NCBI GenBank assembly: GCA_964036045.1
Contig: OZ038379.1
Location: 19,964,001-20,028,000 of the forward strand
From: Eutreptiella sp. 'Long Island Sound 2002'
Lineage: Eukaryota > Protista > Euglenida
Direction of reading: 5' to 3'
DNA: 64,000 nt
Shown here in pieces: positions 45,801-57,921 of this stretch (positions are counted from its first letter, which is position 1; every line of letters starts with the position of its first letter). A program made the position numbers and the translations under genes. A model generated the notes under the pieces. The model ran no database searches and had not been told where the DNA came from. It saw only the letters and a program-made list of their open reading frames with translations.

Positions 45801-48800
45801 GAATCGCTTGGTCGTCACGGTCTCTTGGTGCGGGGGGGGGGGGGGGGGGGTCACTCCACGGCGACTGCCCGCTACCCCCGGGCGCCTGGGGCCCTCGGCC
45901 CCGGGGGGAGGGGATTTGTGTGTTTCCGTCGCCTTGAAGAGCCCGTACACCAGTAGTCAATGCGTGTTTATCGGAACTCAAGAGGTCGGGGCACAGGGTC
46001 CAGCGGCCCCCACGTGGCGCCGGCTGTTTGCTGACCGTTGCCGGACCGTCGCACACTTCTTGGGGTCCTCCCCCCGCCTGTCCGCGCGTCTCACTGGATG
46101 GTCTTTTAGGCCACTGATGAGCCCATCTTCTTCCCGCGTTTTCGTGCTGTGCGCACCAGAGGCCAGCGCTGACAGGCTTCGCATTCCATCGTGCCCAGAC
46201 CGTGGGGCTTGTAGGGTGCTCTCCACCGCTCTCCACCGATCTCCACCGATCTCTGGCTGTGGGACTGTGGTGACACTGGGGTTCCGCAGATTTGAGTGTC
46301 ATCGGCAGCTGCGCTGGCCGAGTGAATGTAAATGGGCACTGCTGAAGGCGTGCACTCCCTTGAAAATGGACGGCCAACTGGCCCACATGAAATTGTTGCA
46401 CCCTTTTGTCTCCCGAGGAAACGTGCAATGGAAGCACCTCCCCTCCCCTTCGGTGTCTGACCCCACCCTGGGGTTGGAGTAAGTGGTTTGGCCGATTTCT
46501 TCGTGCTTGCTGCGTGTCATGGAATGGAACAAGTTTGATTCCCGGGGAGGAGTGGTACTCCGGCGATTCCCCAACAAGCGTCAGGAAGTCTCAGAGATCC
46601 CTCTGGGATGAGGGCGGAAACAACCACGTAGTTGCAATGCAGAGCCTGTGCACAGCCAGGGATATCACCACCACCATCGCCACCACCACCAACTTCGGGA
46701 ACAGAAAGACATTTTGGACCAGTATTGAGACACAAGCCCTGGGACAGACACCTTCCCCTTTCCCCCTGCGTTCCAAAACAAGCCTGCCCGGTGCCGAGGC
46801 ATTATATTCCCGAGCGTGGACATGATACTCTGGGGTGTGAGGAGTTGGTGTTGTGTGAGTTTCGAGCATAGCTGCGCAGGACACTGAAAGCGGGCGTCAT
46901 GAAGAGGTGGGAGGCATGCCCCCACGTTGAATGTAGCCATCCAGCGCAACTCTGTTGTTAGCCTTTCCGACATGTGCCCTCTCATATCCAACACTGTGAG
47001 TTTGGATAACGCCTCTAATTTCGCACACCCAGGGTATCAGTTGCACTGTTCTTGCCTCCTTCGTTGTTCATGTGTCCGTGGCTGTAATGTATGCCCAAGT
47101 ACTCTACATTCAATATTTGTGAGAGGCTGAGTGAGTGAGAAGGAGCAAGACAGTGTATGTTTTAAGTCGTGTATTTTTTTTGCTGTAAACGCGAGTACAA
47201 AAGAATCGCACTGGCAAGTGCTGCAAAACCTGGTGCTTGCGTTTACTGCATAAAAACAAATGACACAAAATATGATTTTTCATTGCGTATTTCCCACGTT
47301 GGGGACCCAGACGGCATGCATTGTGCAGCCACTTCGTGTTTCTCCCCACGTTGAGGCCCCCAAGACTGCAGGGGTTGTGTAGCCATTCATCCCCACTTTG
47401 GGGACTTTGACATGCATATTGACCCTTCTTGCAGCCTGCGCATAGCTACAAACTACATTCTCTATTGGAATAGAACCTCAACAACGATGGTTGCAAAAAA
47501 GCCCAAAGTGCAGAAACAAGGGGTCGCCTTTGTTAGGACAAGGGGGGTGGGTGGTACCCTTGCTGAGGTGGTGAAAGGGATACTTTGACGGATTGATTTG
47601 CCTTACATACACAGAAAAACGTGGGTGCCGTGCAACTTCCTTGTGGCAACGCCCCATGGCATGGGCTCTATGAGGGCCACATTGCTCTCCCTCCATACAC
47701 GCCATGCAAAGTGCTGAAATCATTGTGCCAGGCCTTGGCGACATGCTTTCAGCTTTGGGAGGCGAGTCCCTGCGTAGACACACACCACATTTTGTACGTT
47801 GACACCGTGCAGGCAGAGCATGGGTATGTAGCGGCTACTTGGGGCTCCAAGCTGGGTGCTGCATTAAATTGCTTCCTAGCTGAGTGTGATCTTAATAGTT
47901 GGCGGATCTGGTCATCATCGAGCAAGCAGGGAAACTGGCTGACAACCTCTGGCTCCCTGGCTCCCTGCAACACACCTAGGTGCATATGATCTGGCCCCAA
48001 TGTGGCCTGCTAAACAATTGTCTGGGCAATGGGAAACCCCAAGGGGTGAACTTGCAACTATACTGGCCGAGCTACACCTTCTCTTTAGGCATCCACCTCT
48101 TCTACGGTGGTGGAGGTATAAATGTGTTGCTATATTAGCCGAGTCCGTCTAATTGGCGCCCACACAGAGTACTTTGTGCTTTATGGACCGGGCGTCCCAT
48201 CGTTAAGGTCGCTATAAGGTGCCGTATGGAACCAGCAAGGATCAATATTGCAATAGAGAAAGACATCATTCCTGAAAAGAAAAAGTACTTGCCTTTGCAA
48301 TATAAAAGAAACATTACACGCAGCACGATTTTGTTGGGTGGTCGAATTTTTTTTGAAAATCACCTTGAAGAGAGGCTGTCAGATCAAGCGTAAGCGCGGA
48401 TGCCATACACCCCCCACCTTTTGGGGTCATTCGCGTAGCATACCCCAAGGCATGATATTGGATGTCCAACCCCTTGTAAAATCATTATTTTGCCCAACAA
48501 AATCCTACCCCCATGGATTTTTTGATTTTGAGGCCTCTATCCCCTTGAAACTGCATACCCAATTTTGGGGGTGGGGGGTGGTGGGGAGGGGGGGGGGCGT
48601 CAACAGTTTGTGCTTGAAGGATTTGAACCAGGGTCAGGTAAAACAAAGCTCATGGGCCGATTGGCTTGGGCTAGCAGTCGCCGGTTGGGATTTGAAGCGG
48701 CGGCAGGCTGGTTGTTGAGCGAGTGTTTGACCACTGAATATTCCTGCGGGCTAATGGTTCCCCACTGTTCGTAGCTGTAGTCTGCCACTAAAATAAGCCA

Positions 48801-51800
48801 AACTGTGTGTTTCTGCCTAACTGTCTGCCTGCCTGCTTGCCTGACTGACTGCCTGACCAACTGCTTGCCTGACTGACTGACTGATTGGCTGACGGTTAGC
48901 CTCTCTTCGAGGTGCCTTGCCTCAAGGCAATAGAATGACATGATGCTACAGCCAAAAGAAAATGACCCGCACCGACATTTTTTCTGTACACGGGTTACAT
49001 TTTTCACAGCAAGACATAAAGGCACAGTCAGATTGAGGGGGATCGACCCCAATCCTTGCAGACGTGCTGTGGTGCAGCCTGAGATCGATGGCATAGACAC
49101 TTGCGGACCGGTCCCTAACACCATTGCACAGGGCCCCGCTGCTGAAGAACTCGCCCGCGAGATCCAAACCGTTGGTGGCATCATCACGGCAGATGACCTG
49201 CGCAATTACACGCCGAAAATCCAGAGGCCCGTGGACACTCAGGCTCTGGGCATGCGCTATCTTGGAGCCCCGCCCCCAAGCTCTGGTGGGGCCGCTGTGG
49301 CCGCCATTCTGAAGTTCATGCAGGCGCTGGACAGGCCTATGGTATGGTGCCATGTGTATGCGGTCGTCTGCCCGAGGGAGGCCGAAGCCAAATCCACGGG
49401 GGGCTGGCCGGGCCCAGTCCTTGTATGCGACACCCCCCCGCCCCCCCCCGCCCCGGGTTTTGAGAGATAGTGGTGTCGGGGCCATGGCACCAACGGCGCC
49501 GAAGTTTTTTTGTGCATGCTTCCCTTTCATCAAACCATCCATGTTTTGGGCGCCAGATTAGCAAGACGAGGCGCTAAACAAATGTCGTTCGTTGCGAAGT
49601 GAAGACCCCACAGCCACTGTGGACACACCTGCCCATCTGCAGCCCTTGCTTCACAACAGCCACCAGCAGCTTCCCCAAACCCGCTCCAGACACACATCCC
49701 CCCTGGAGGTATGCATGTGGTAGTAGTGGGTCGCGCGTAGCCCCCCCACTTTGGGAACCCCCCCCCCCCGGCCGACCCCCCCCCCCTCCCACACCCTCCA
49801 GCCGACCCCCCCCCCCCAGACCCTCCAGCTCCCCCCCCCCCCAAAGTTTTGACAGATAGCTGGGGGGGGGGGTGTCGCATCCGGACCGGTTGTAGTCGTC
49901 CCCGCGTGGCCAAATCAGAACGTTGTGGGAACCGTTTGCGGTTGCCTGTGAGAGCGATGCGGTTTTCTTTGGACCCACACCCCAAGCCCCACGTCCCACG
50001 TCCCATGTGTCAGGCGCATCCCCCGCACCCGGTGTGTATAGTGGCTTCCTTGTCGATCAGCCCCCCTTGGTCAAGCAACACCATGGGGGTGCAATTCCTG
50101 TTACAGAGTCCCAATCCACAAATGATGTTCTGTGCACTTTTTCCCCCTTTGACTTCGTCCCTCTGCGCGACTTTCCGCCCACTGAAAATGAACAACTTCC
50201 GTAAAATGGCAAGGGGCAACTTGATATTTTCCAAACATTCCAAACAAAGTGAGGACTTTCTGCGTGACATGCGTTTCGCCGAATGACCGCAAAGCGGCGC
50301 ATGGCCCCCCAAAAGAAGGCGGTTGTTGCAGCTATTGGCAAGCTGCCCCAGGGAGGGCAATCGGGGCACCGGAATCTTACTGTCGTTTGATAGTTGACGA
50401 CACCGTCCGCTTCAGCTGCACCCGCTGCCGCTTTGCAGGCCATGGGGCCGCTCACGATGTATCCGCATCATTTAGTCGAGGCCATGAAGCACGTCTTCTC
50501 GATGCGGCAGCATTTGGCGGACCCCGCCTTCGTCAATGTCACAGGGGTCACTGCCGCCCTTACGGACTCGGAGTTCATGGTGTGTCTTCTGCCTCCAGCA
50601 GAATGAGGCAGGGCTTCCAGCGCGGCTGCCACAGTGACTACTGGGGGTTGGGGCGACGGCTGTGCGGCACAGACTGACGTTTTGCACAACGGTTGGTGGC
50701 CGTTGGGGGTGGGCTGCCGCCACTGGAGCGCGCGGAATGAGCTGCCGCCCCGAAGAGGGGCTCCCCCCACCACCACAAGCGGCTGCCCTCGAGCGCAGGT
50801 CAGAACAAGGGGAGCAGGACCCGGCGGCCCCCTTCAAGCCCATGATTGGCCTACGCCACGCGCCAGCCAGTCCCGGGCCCCTCGCATCCTACTCCAAAAG
50901 GAACAAACAATTTGCGGCCATAACTGCGGCGATGGTCGTCGCCCTGTCACATCAACCGCTTGTTCATGGAGACGATGCCCCACGTCCCACATTCTACGCA
51001 CGTCCGCACATGCGGGGGGGGGGGGGGGATGGTCCCAGGGCCCCCACAGGCACGGCGGTATCCCCCCGTTCGCTTGCGCTGGGCGAGGCGTGGGGGACTG
51101 TCATCAGTGCGGCAGGCCTGGAGACCGGCCGCTAAGGGACCAGTTGTGTCCGGCGGGGACGGGCCGTGACCCGTGGGAACCCGGACTACCAATAGAGGCC
51201 GTGCCCCAGCCCCGCCCCGCCCCCCCCAACAAGTGCAGGCGTTGGGCGGCTTGGTCACGTGCACCACTCTCTTGATGCCGTGCTGCATGCGGACAACACC
51301 CCGAAAGGCAGGTATGCGGTGCGCACCGACGGTGCGTTTCCCCAGTGCGTGTTTCGGACACGAAGTCGCATCGCGTTTCACTCCCACTTCTTTTTTTAAG
51401 TCATGTGCCTTTGAGCGGGTGCAATCCAGTAGCCCTTGGTGGGTGCCTGTGTTGAACCAACGGTTTGTCTACACCTTTGCTTTGCTCACCTTAATTAGGT
51501 CTCACCCCCCCCCCCCCCCCCCGCCCCGAAGCGCAACCATTTGCACGGTCCTTTGGTTCCAGAGCCCTGCCCATACACAGAGGCACAACAAGCACGGCTT
51601 CGCAGTGCCATTCTCGAGCCGAACGGTATTCAAATCTCGTCCCGCTCCGCCTCTGCTCCACTTGTCCTCGGCACCGCCGCCCGCTCCCTGACGGTGTGCC
51701 CTCGTTTGTAGGCCGCGTTGGCCCACAAGCTGCGGCCCTACAGCACCCTGGCTCCGCATGAGTACGGGGGCGTATGGTCGGGCCTGCCCAACCAAAGCCT

Positions 51801-54800
51801 CCCCGAGGACCATGGGACGAGCCACGTCAGCGTTCTGGACGGCGCCGGCAACGCGGTCGCCATCACGACCACCGTCAACCGCGCGTTTGGATCGTTCGTC
51901 GTGTCCCCGAGCACCGGGATCCTGCTCAATGACCAGATGGACGATTTCTCTGACTTCCTCATGCCCACGGACCCGATCCCATACGTATGCCTGTGTATTG
52001 GTGCGCCCTTCGCCCCCTCACAGGCACGGCGGGTACATGCGCTTCCTGCCTGAACTCATCGCTTGGGTACAGGGGGGGTTTCTGCAGGAAAAATTCCGTA
52101 TTCAAGTCGGCGCGGAATGTTCCCTGCATTCTGTCAGTGTAGGTGCGGAATCCCCCCCCCCCCCCCACCGAATCGGGGCCCAATTTCCCCAAGTCACCCC
52201 GATTTGTTAGCCCAATTCAGTGGGTTGCGGGATCGAACACCAGAACCAGGCATTTTGGGTGCAGTGGGTGGGACGTGTTTTTGTGCATGTGCATCATCGT
52301 GCGCGAATTCTTCCTCCTTTCCTTCCAATGCACTCAAGATTTAGAGTTGTCCTCTGTGGAAAATTCCGCGTACAGAACCCCCCCCCCCGCCTCTCTGAGA
52401 GGTGCTCCCGTGACAGACTACTTCAAAGAGGCGAGGCCAAACACCCGTGATGCCTCGGCGTGCGGCTCGTGAAGTGGCCCGGAAGGGAATGTCCTCCACA
52501 ACAATCCGCCCCCCACAATACGTACCTCCAACTCGTCAGCGCATCATGGGGCTCATGGTGAGCCCCACATGTTGGCACCCCTCAGGCACCCCCCGCCTGG
52601 GCTGGCCCCAGGGATGTACGGCTGACACCCATAGTACCCCCCCTCCTGGACTCCCTCACCCCCCCCCCCCCCCCAGACCCAGAGTTCATTGGGGGGGGGG
52701 GTGAAATTTGCCAAAGGAAGAGTTTTGGCCATTTTTTGACACACAAACCTTTGGGCTCCAGACCCCCCCCCCCACTCCTCCACCACGCCACCCATCCACG
52801 AGTCGAGGATTCCCTCCTCCAAAAGGTGAACACGTACGTACAACCGGCAGCACTAACCGGCACACTCGCTCAGCGTTGATGGCGCGCCCACCGTTCCCCC
52901 TTCCTCTCGTCTAATGCATTCCTGACTGGGGCCATGACCGGCCCCAAGTCACTGCCGAGCCGAGCCCCAGCAGATGGGATGCATATCGCTGCAGGGCCGC
53001 CGTGCTCTGGGCGGTGTCCCACTCACAGGCCCCCCATCCGTCCTGCTCTTGGTAACAGGAAGGTGCCCGTGGTCGCTGCGCACTGTCATGCCACGCAATT
53101 TTCCCTCGTCGAGGCAGGACACCTGGTCTAAGCACGTCATTCCCCCCCCCGCTCCCGCACGAGCACTGCATTTGGGTTGGGTGCGGATGGCGGGGCGGTG
53201 TGCCCGCAGCGGGACCCACCCCCCCCGCCTGCCCCTCGATACCCTCCAAGCGCGGCGGTCACTGACCAAACCCCAGACTGTTCCCGGGAAGACGAGTGAG
53301 CGTGGCCCCTGCGGACCGCTGGGCGACAGGGAGGGGCATTGGATGGCACATGGGCAGCAGGTGCCACATGCTGCATCGAGCGTACAGGACACGAAGAGTC
53401 GACCTGGGGCACGAGAGGCTCACAACGTCCTCCCGGTCGATGCACTTCACTGTGCGGGGGCTGCCCGAGCGTACCACCGGTGACGCACAGCCCTCCCACT
53501 TGAAACCGTCGGCCGTCATGACCGTGAGGGAAAAGGGCCATACCAAAGCACAACCTGCCCGGCAGTCTCCTCACGAAACTCCGCTGGAGTTCCCTGGTGA
53601 GCTCAAAGATTCCACATGGCCGTCCGTTGTACGGCAACGACAACAGGTTGTGCATAGGGGGGGGGGGGCTTGTGTGTCATGCCCGCCTCCTCAGGACCCC
53701 CCAACCCACACCAACGGTGAACAATGAGGAACGACCAACTTGGGCGCCTGGAACACTTCTCAGGCCTCTGTGGACCGGGGCACAGAATCCCTCCCCCCCA
53801 CTTTTCCCGTGGCCGGTACAGTGGATTGTACAACACGACTTGTGCGTATTCAAAATGCTCTGAACGCAACGGGGAACTCGAAAATGCCCCCAAAACCGGA
53901 AAAAATCTCACTCCCCCCCCCCTTTTGGGGTCCGGGACCGAACTGAAGAAGCCCCGTGAGCGCAGTCCTGTTACCCCAGGCTTTTGGCTGCCCTTCACTT
54001 TTTATGTGTATTTCCTGACGCCCACCCCTTGCACGACGTTGACCCCGCAACCTCTGATCTGTGGTGAAGGCCCTGCCCCAGCACCCACAACCCACCGTAG
54101 CGCCGCGGGTCACCAATGACCCGGAGGTCGTGGGCGACTGACAGTCAGCCGACGGCGGTTGGCGGCAAAGCCGACTGTAGTGAGCGAGCGGCGTGCTGCC
54201 CTGCGGTAATGCCTCCTGCACCCTGGGGCCCAGGAGTTGGGGTTGCGGTCGCGCCCCCTCCCCCTCTCTTTCGTGTGGTGCAGGGCAGCCATGGCAACCT
54301 CAACAACCGCCCAGCCCCGGGAAAGACGCCGCTGTCTTCCATGTCCCCGTCCATCCTTCTTGATGCCAACCCCATCACGTCGGAGCCGCAGGTATTCGGG
54401 CACGGGGAGCCACCCCCCTCTCCACTTAGCCCTCGCTGAGCATGGCCACCCCGACTGACTCTCGTTTCTCTGGCCGCAGTTTGTGTGGTCAAGAATGTGG
54501 GCAGAGGGAACATATGGGGGAGGGAACATTAGCTACGGGGCTGAATAAGGATGCATGCCGAGGGACCTCATTCCCGCCACTTCCCCCCCTACACCGCCCT
54601 CGAAAGCCTTCCTCGGTCGCTTTGCTTGCATGCCCCCTAGCACCCCCCCTAGCACCCCTCCCCTATCACCCCTCCCCACGCATTCCCTTGACCACCCTTG
54701 GCTGCACTATCAGTCCCAAAATTGCCCATTTCAAGGCCATTTTGGAGCTTGCTTGGACTCATATGGGTCCAAGATGGCTCCGCTCGCCCGAGAGACATGC

Positions 54801-57800
54801 CCCTAGCACTCTTGCCGCACCCCCAATCACCTGACACCAGAAATAGTTTGAAAGTGATCCCCTTCATCAATATTTATCATCACAAGGGTGCCCAACACAA
54901 TCCATGGTAGTCAAACACAACACAAGAGGATCAAGAGGACCCCCGAAGATTGGAACAATTATGAATGGGGGCTCATGAGGGATGACTTCGAGCTGGCCTG
55001 GCGAACAGTGGGATGGGATAAGCCACAGTGGGATCCATCCCTACGTGCAGAAGGTCGACACACATGGCCATGGGTGAAGATGCGCACCGGTGGAGTTGGC
55101 ATAGGCGGACTCTAGACGCCTTATCAAGAAACACCCACACCCTTTGGAAAATGGCTGAGAGCTGTCCCGCCACGGCTGCTCTGTCCACTCCGTGGCGACC
55201 ACCAATGCCTCGACGCCTTCATCGACCATCTTTTGTACGCTCATGGCTAGTTGGTTGTAGGGAGGGCATATCCACAACAGCCCCCTATCGTGGCCGTTAG
55301 AGTTGCACATCTTCTTCGTTAAAAGTGGAAATAAGTTCCTCCTCGTGGGTATGGTCATGGCATTCAAACACTATCGAATGGACATGCCCCAAATGATTTG
55401 CAAAGGGTGGGGAACACACCAAACCACGACCCTTGTAAAAAGTCCGCGCACATGAATAGGGTGGGACTGTCAAAAGTATGCAAAAAAGGCGCCTTTCAAG
55501 GCTGATTTTGCGGGATTTTGGGCCCAAAAGGAGGTCGTTGAGCCCACCACTTGGGCAAAACCCACGGAGATCAAAGGTGTTTGTTCATCATCTAGGTTGG
55601 TTCCAATGCAAATACCCCCTTTGTGGACATCCTAGGCGCCCAAACCGGCCAAAAAAGGGGCCTTCTTTGGCTATTTTTGACAGATTTTGAAACCTAGGTT
55701 TGCCACTGGCGACACCCGTTCCCGGCTTCCACCGTTGACTTTCTTGCTCAGATTTTGTGTGATTGTCCTTCACACCCAAGTGTCATCCACCAAAATTTCG
55801 GCCAAATCCAAAGCACCATGACAGAGTTGTGAATTTTGCCCATTTTGTAGGTACTTGCTTGCTTGCTGCTGGCTTCCTGCTTGTGGCTTGTTCCTTGCTT
55901 GCTCCCAAACCTGGTAGGTCCACCCCAAACACTAAAGAGGGTTTTAGAACCAACAATGGTCCACCAGCTTAGGGTTAGGGCAAGGGTTGGAGTGAGTGGT
56001 TAGAGTTGGGGTCCAAAGCGGAGAGCAATGATGTGGCAAAAGGCAGCCAGCTAGTTGGGGGGGGGGGAGTTGGTGTTCAAACCGAGGGGTCACCCCCCCC
56101 CCCCACTCCCCCCCCCCCTTGCCCACCTTTTCAAGGTGCGCCTTGTCTTAGCCACACAACACCTACAGGCTGCGACTTTTGGTTTTTTTTTGCAGAAATT
56201 GATTTGGTACCATGTTGCCCCCCCCCCCCCCCGAGAAACCGCGTTTTTCTTGCTTTTTTCCTGGTGCAATTCTGACAATTCTCTGTTTGTAAACAATTTA
56301 TTTGAAGTATTTTGTGGTTGGTCGCACATTTTCATATGCCAAGTTGTCCTCGTTGCTGATGTTACCCCATTTCTGAGTCATACGCATTGACATGAAATTG
56401 TTTGGGTGCAGATTGCGGTCTGTCTAAGCTACCGTACCCGTCGGGACCATGTTGTTTTTTCGGCACGTGGGGGGTTCCAATATGCCTCACATGCAGTATG
56501 AGGTCTCCGATCGTGTCAGGCAGCCCTGTGCCTTCTTTGCTTCTGTTTGTGCTGCTTCTATGGCAGTGAGGGTGGACCCACTCATGTCAAACCACATGTG
56601 CAGGTGCGGATGGTGGGCGGGGCGTCAGGCGGAACCCGCATCATCACGGCGACTGCCCAAGTCATTCTGAACAAAGTCGCCCGGGGCATGTCCCTGATTG
56701 ACGCCGTCACGGCCCCCCGCCTGCACTATGGCATGGGCCCTGACAGCGCCCTTCTGGAGGACGGCCACACCGCCAATGGGCAGCACGTGTCGCATGATCT
56801 GATGGTGGACAGGGCGCTGAAGGCAAAAGGTTTGCCCACGTGACCGTGGGGGCTGTGTATTCCCGTTGTACCCGGGGCTCATGCACACGGACAGACACAT
56901 CCACAACGGTGCCCATGCGTCTATGCTGAGCTCTCTTGCCCTCCCCCCCCCCCCCCACGTAAGCGATGCGCGCCCATCCGTCCGGCCATGGCCAAAACAA
57001 AGCACTGCAGAAACCAGATGCAATAGAGACGAGGCGGAGCATACCCTTCGGTGTGAAATGATGCAAAACAAATGCCGGGAACCGGCTGCCCCGTTGGCAG
57101 CCAAGTACCCGTCGGATGCGGTGTTACCGTGTATTACACCTGGTGTCCACGGCCAGGCCTTTCGTGTGACCTGCTTTTGTGGTGTCGTGCGTAACTTGCA
57201 TATTCATTGTTGCTGTGACCCGCGTATACTTTCGTTTTTTGGATGTGATCCGCGTAAAAGGAAACAATGCGCAGTCGCCGTATTTTGTACGCAATTGACA
57301 GCAACAACAAATAGTACACGGGCCACGGTTTGCTTGGTACGCGGGTTGGTGCTGTGCTTAGCACTGTGCTATGTGGTGCTGTACTGCGTTGTACTGTGCT
57401 GTACTGTGTCGCGCTGTGGGATACTGTGCTCATCTGGATATACGGATAGCGCACAGCACCGGAAGGTTTGGCCCGTATACAGTCCTGATGGGCTGTCCCG
57501 CTTTGAAACCGGCAGCTCATAGCCACGGCTGAGAGTGTTATTCAAGATCCTCCACTTCAGAGGATCCCAGCCTCCAGGCAGTGACGCATGACGCGGGCCT
57601 GGGAGACCAGTATGCTGAGCCACTGGGGCTTCTGATGGTGTCACTGGAAAAATTTCGTCCCAGACAAGCAGTGCATCAATTTTGTATACTCCTTCGGAAC
57701 ATCAAATTGCTCGTGAAACTGTCGCCCCCGGGCATTCTCGTGGACACACACGGCACTGGCATCCCGCACCCCTGTCCCCACACCCGTTTCGCCCTTCAGG

Positions 57801-57921
57801 CCACGCCACCATGCCCGACAAGTCCCACGCCAATGCCCAATTCATCTACGTTGACCCCGATACGGAGCTGATCGATGTGGTGGCAGACCCGCGCAAGGGC
57901 GGTAAACCCGTCGGGTATTAG
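36526..57921 (+). CDS. GGT: Gamma-glutamyltranspeptidase (glutathione hydrolase), type II membrane-anchored, 665 aa, 10 exons
   Basis: Exons 36526-36898, 38879-39011, 43250-43449, 44447-44658, 49132-49341, 50439-50579, 51712-51984, 54284-54391, 56604-56829, 57800-57921 sum to 1,998 nt, in frame, all GT-AG. Motifs: RCSTIGRDVLRRGGNAVDAAIA, QPEASGIGGG, IDAREKAP, GIPGELQG, PPPSSGG, HG/TSHVSVLD (autocleavage Thr nucleophile), NDQMDDFS, PGKTPLSSMSP, GASGG, PRLH, DPRKGG. N-terminal TM segment WATIFVCLTLISSVVVVVVFVL. Confidence 0.96.
38879..39011 (+). CDS. GGT: GGT exon 2
   Basis: taccgcag|GG CGC GAC...CAC AG|gtctac; GGNAVDAA. Confidence 0.95.
39306..40001 (+). mobile_element. Penelope-like retroelement fragment (5'-truncated; RT thumb/C-terminal region and Cys linker)
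   Basis: One frame with a single stop: RFSTGVHFREGSCPISIRRYPV*ESVILDTQKLGVLTGQYVRALRLCSTSRSFKEALEKVTVVAMRRGF. This matches the PLE pattern I.RYP...S.I....GV..GQ..R..R.CS...F......RG(F/Y). Then CKKMKCPYVC. Confidence 0.68.
39990..41582 (+). repeat. 183-bp tandem array, 8 full units plus a partial ninth
   Basis: GTAGG anchors at 39998, 40182, 40365, 40548, 40731, 40914, 41097, 41280, 41464. Confidence 0.97.
42950..43050 (-). repeat. tRNA-like 3' half (probable SINE remnant)
   Basis: Minus strand ...CCCTGTTCGTGGGTTCGAACCCCAGGCCCGACACCA: B-box GGTTCGAACCC and a CCA-like end. No complete cloverleaf found. Confidence 0.35.
43250..43449 (+). CDS. GGT: GGT exon 3
   Basis: gccacag|G CAC...GCA G|gtgtgc; FIDAREKAP, GIPGELQG. 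Confidence 0.95.
43858..44147 (+). mobile_element. Young dispersed short element, copy 1 (near-identical copy 53686-53946; diverged partial copies 21773-21917 and about 61310-61400)
   Basis: About 220 bp nearly identical (CCTCAGGACCCCCCAACCCACACCAACGG...AAAACCGGAAAAAA), then a C-run and GGGGTCCGGGACCGAACTGA. Confidence 0.85.
44447..44658 (+). CDS. GGT: GGT exon 4
   Basis: ttgccccag|AA TTG...TAC CAG|gtccgc; RPKLAETLQRVA. Confidence 0.93.
44944..45757. mobile_element. MITE-like element with 20-bp TIR and TA target duplication (Tc1/mariner-pogo type)
   Basis: TA|CCGACCGAATCCTAAAGATT ... AATCTTTAGAATTCGGTCGG|TA (19/20 match). Confidence 0.88.
49132..49341 (+). CDS. GGT: GGT exon 5
   Basis: ttgcacag|GGC CCC...CCT ATG|gtatgg; GGIITADDLRNY, PPPSSGG. 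Confidence 0.95.
50439..50579 (+). CDS. GGT: GGT exon 6
   Basis: ctttgcag|GCC ATG...TTC ATG|gtgtgt; HHLVEAMKHVFSMRQHLADP. Confidence 0.95.
51712..51984 (+). CDS. GGT: GGT exon 7 (catalytic Thr)
   Basis: gtttgtag|GCC GCG...CCA TAC|gtatgc; DHGTSHVSVLD, LLNDQMDDFS. Confidence 0.95.
53686..53946 (+). mobile_element. Young dispersed short element, copy 2
   Basis: Near-identical to 43858-44147. Confidence 0.85.
54284..54391 (+). CDS. GGT: GGT exon 8
   Basis: ggtgcag|GGC AGC...CCG CAG|gtattc; PGKTPLSSMSP. Confidence 0.93.
54930..55290. mobile_element. Remnant of a DIRS-type N6-adenine methyltransferase-like domain, in two oppositely oriented halves
   Basis: Plus strand: YEWGLMRDDFELAWRTVGWDKPQWD. 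Minus strand: GLLWICPPYNQLAMSVQKMVDEGVEALVVATEWTEQPW. These resemble the W.L...F.....G.P..D and ..PP(F/Y)..l...l.K......lv.p.W..QPW blocks of DIRS MT domains. Confidence 0.55.
56604..56829 (+). CDS. GGT: GGT exon 9
   Basis: atgtgcag|GTG CGG...AAA G|gtttgc; GGASGGTRII, APRLH. Confidence 0.95.
57800..57921 (+). CDS. GGT: GGT exon 10 (stop)
   Basis: cccttcag|GC CAC...ADPRKGGKPVGY TAG. Confidence 0.95.

Noticed and set aside
55968-56010. TTAGGGTTAGGG telomere-like sequence (also 31616-31631)
   Set aside because: Only about two hexamers; not enough to call an interstitial telomere.
857-57921. Euglenid nonconventional (non-GT-AG) introns
   Set aside because: Both genes could be assembled in frame using only GT-AG junctions, so none is required.
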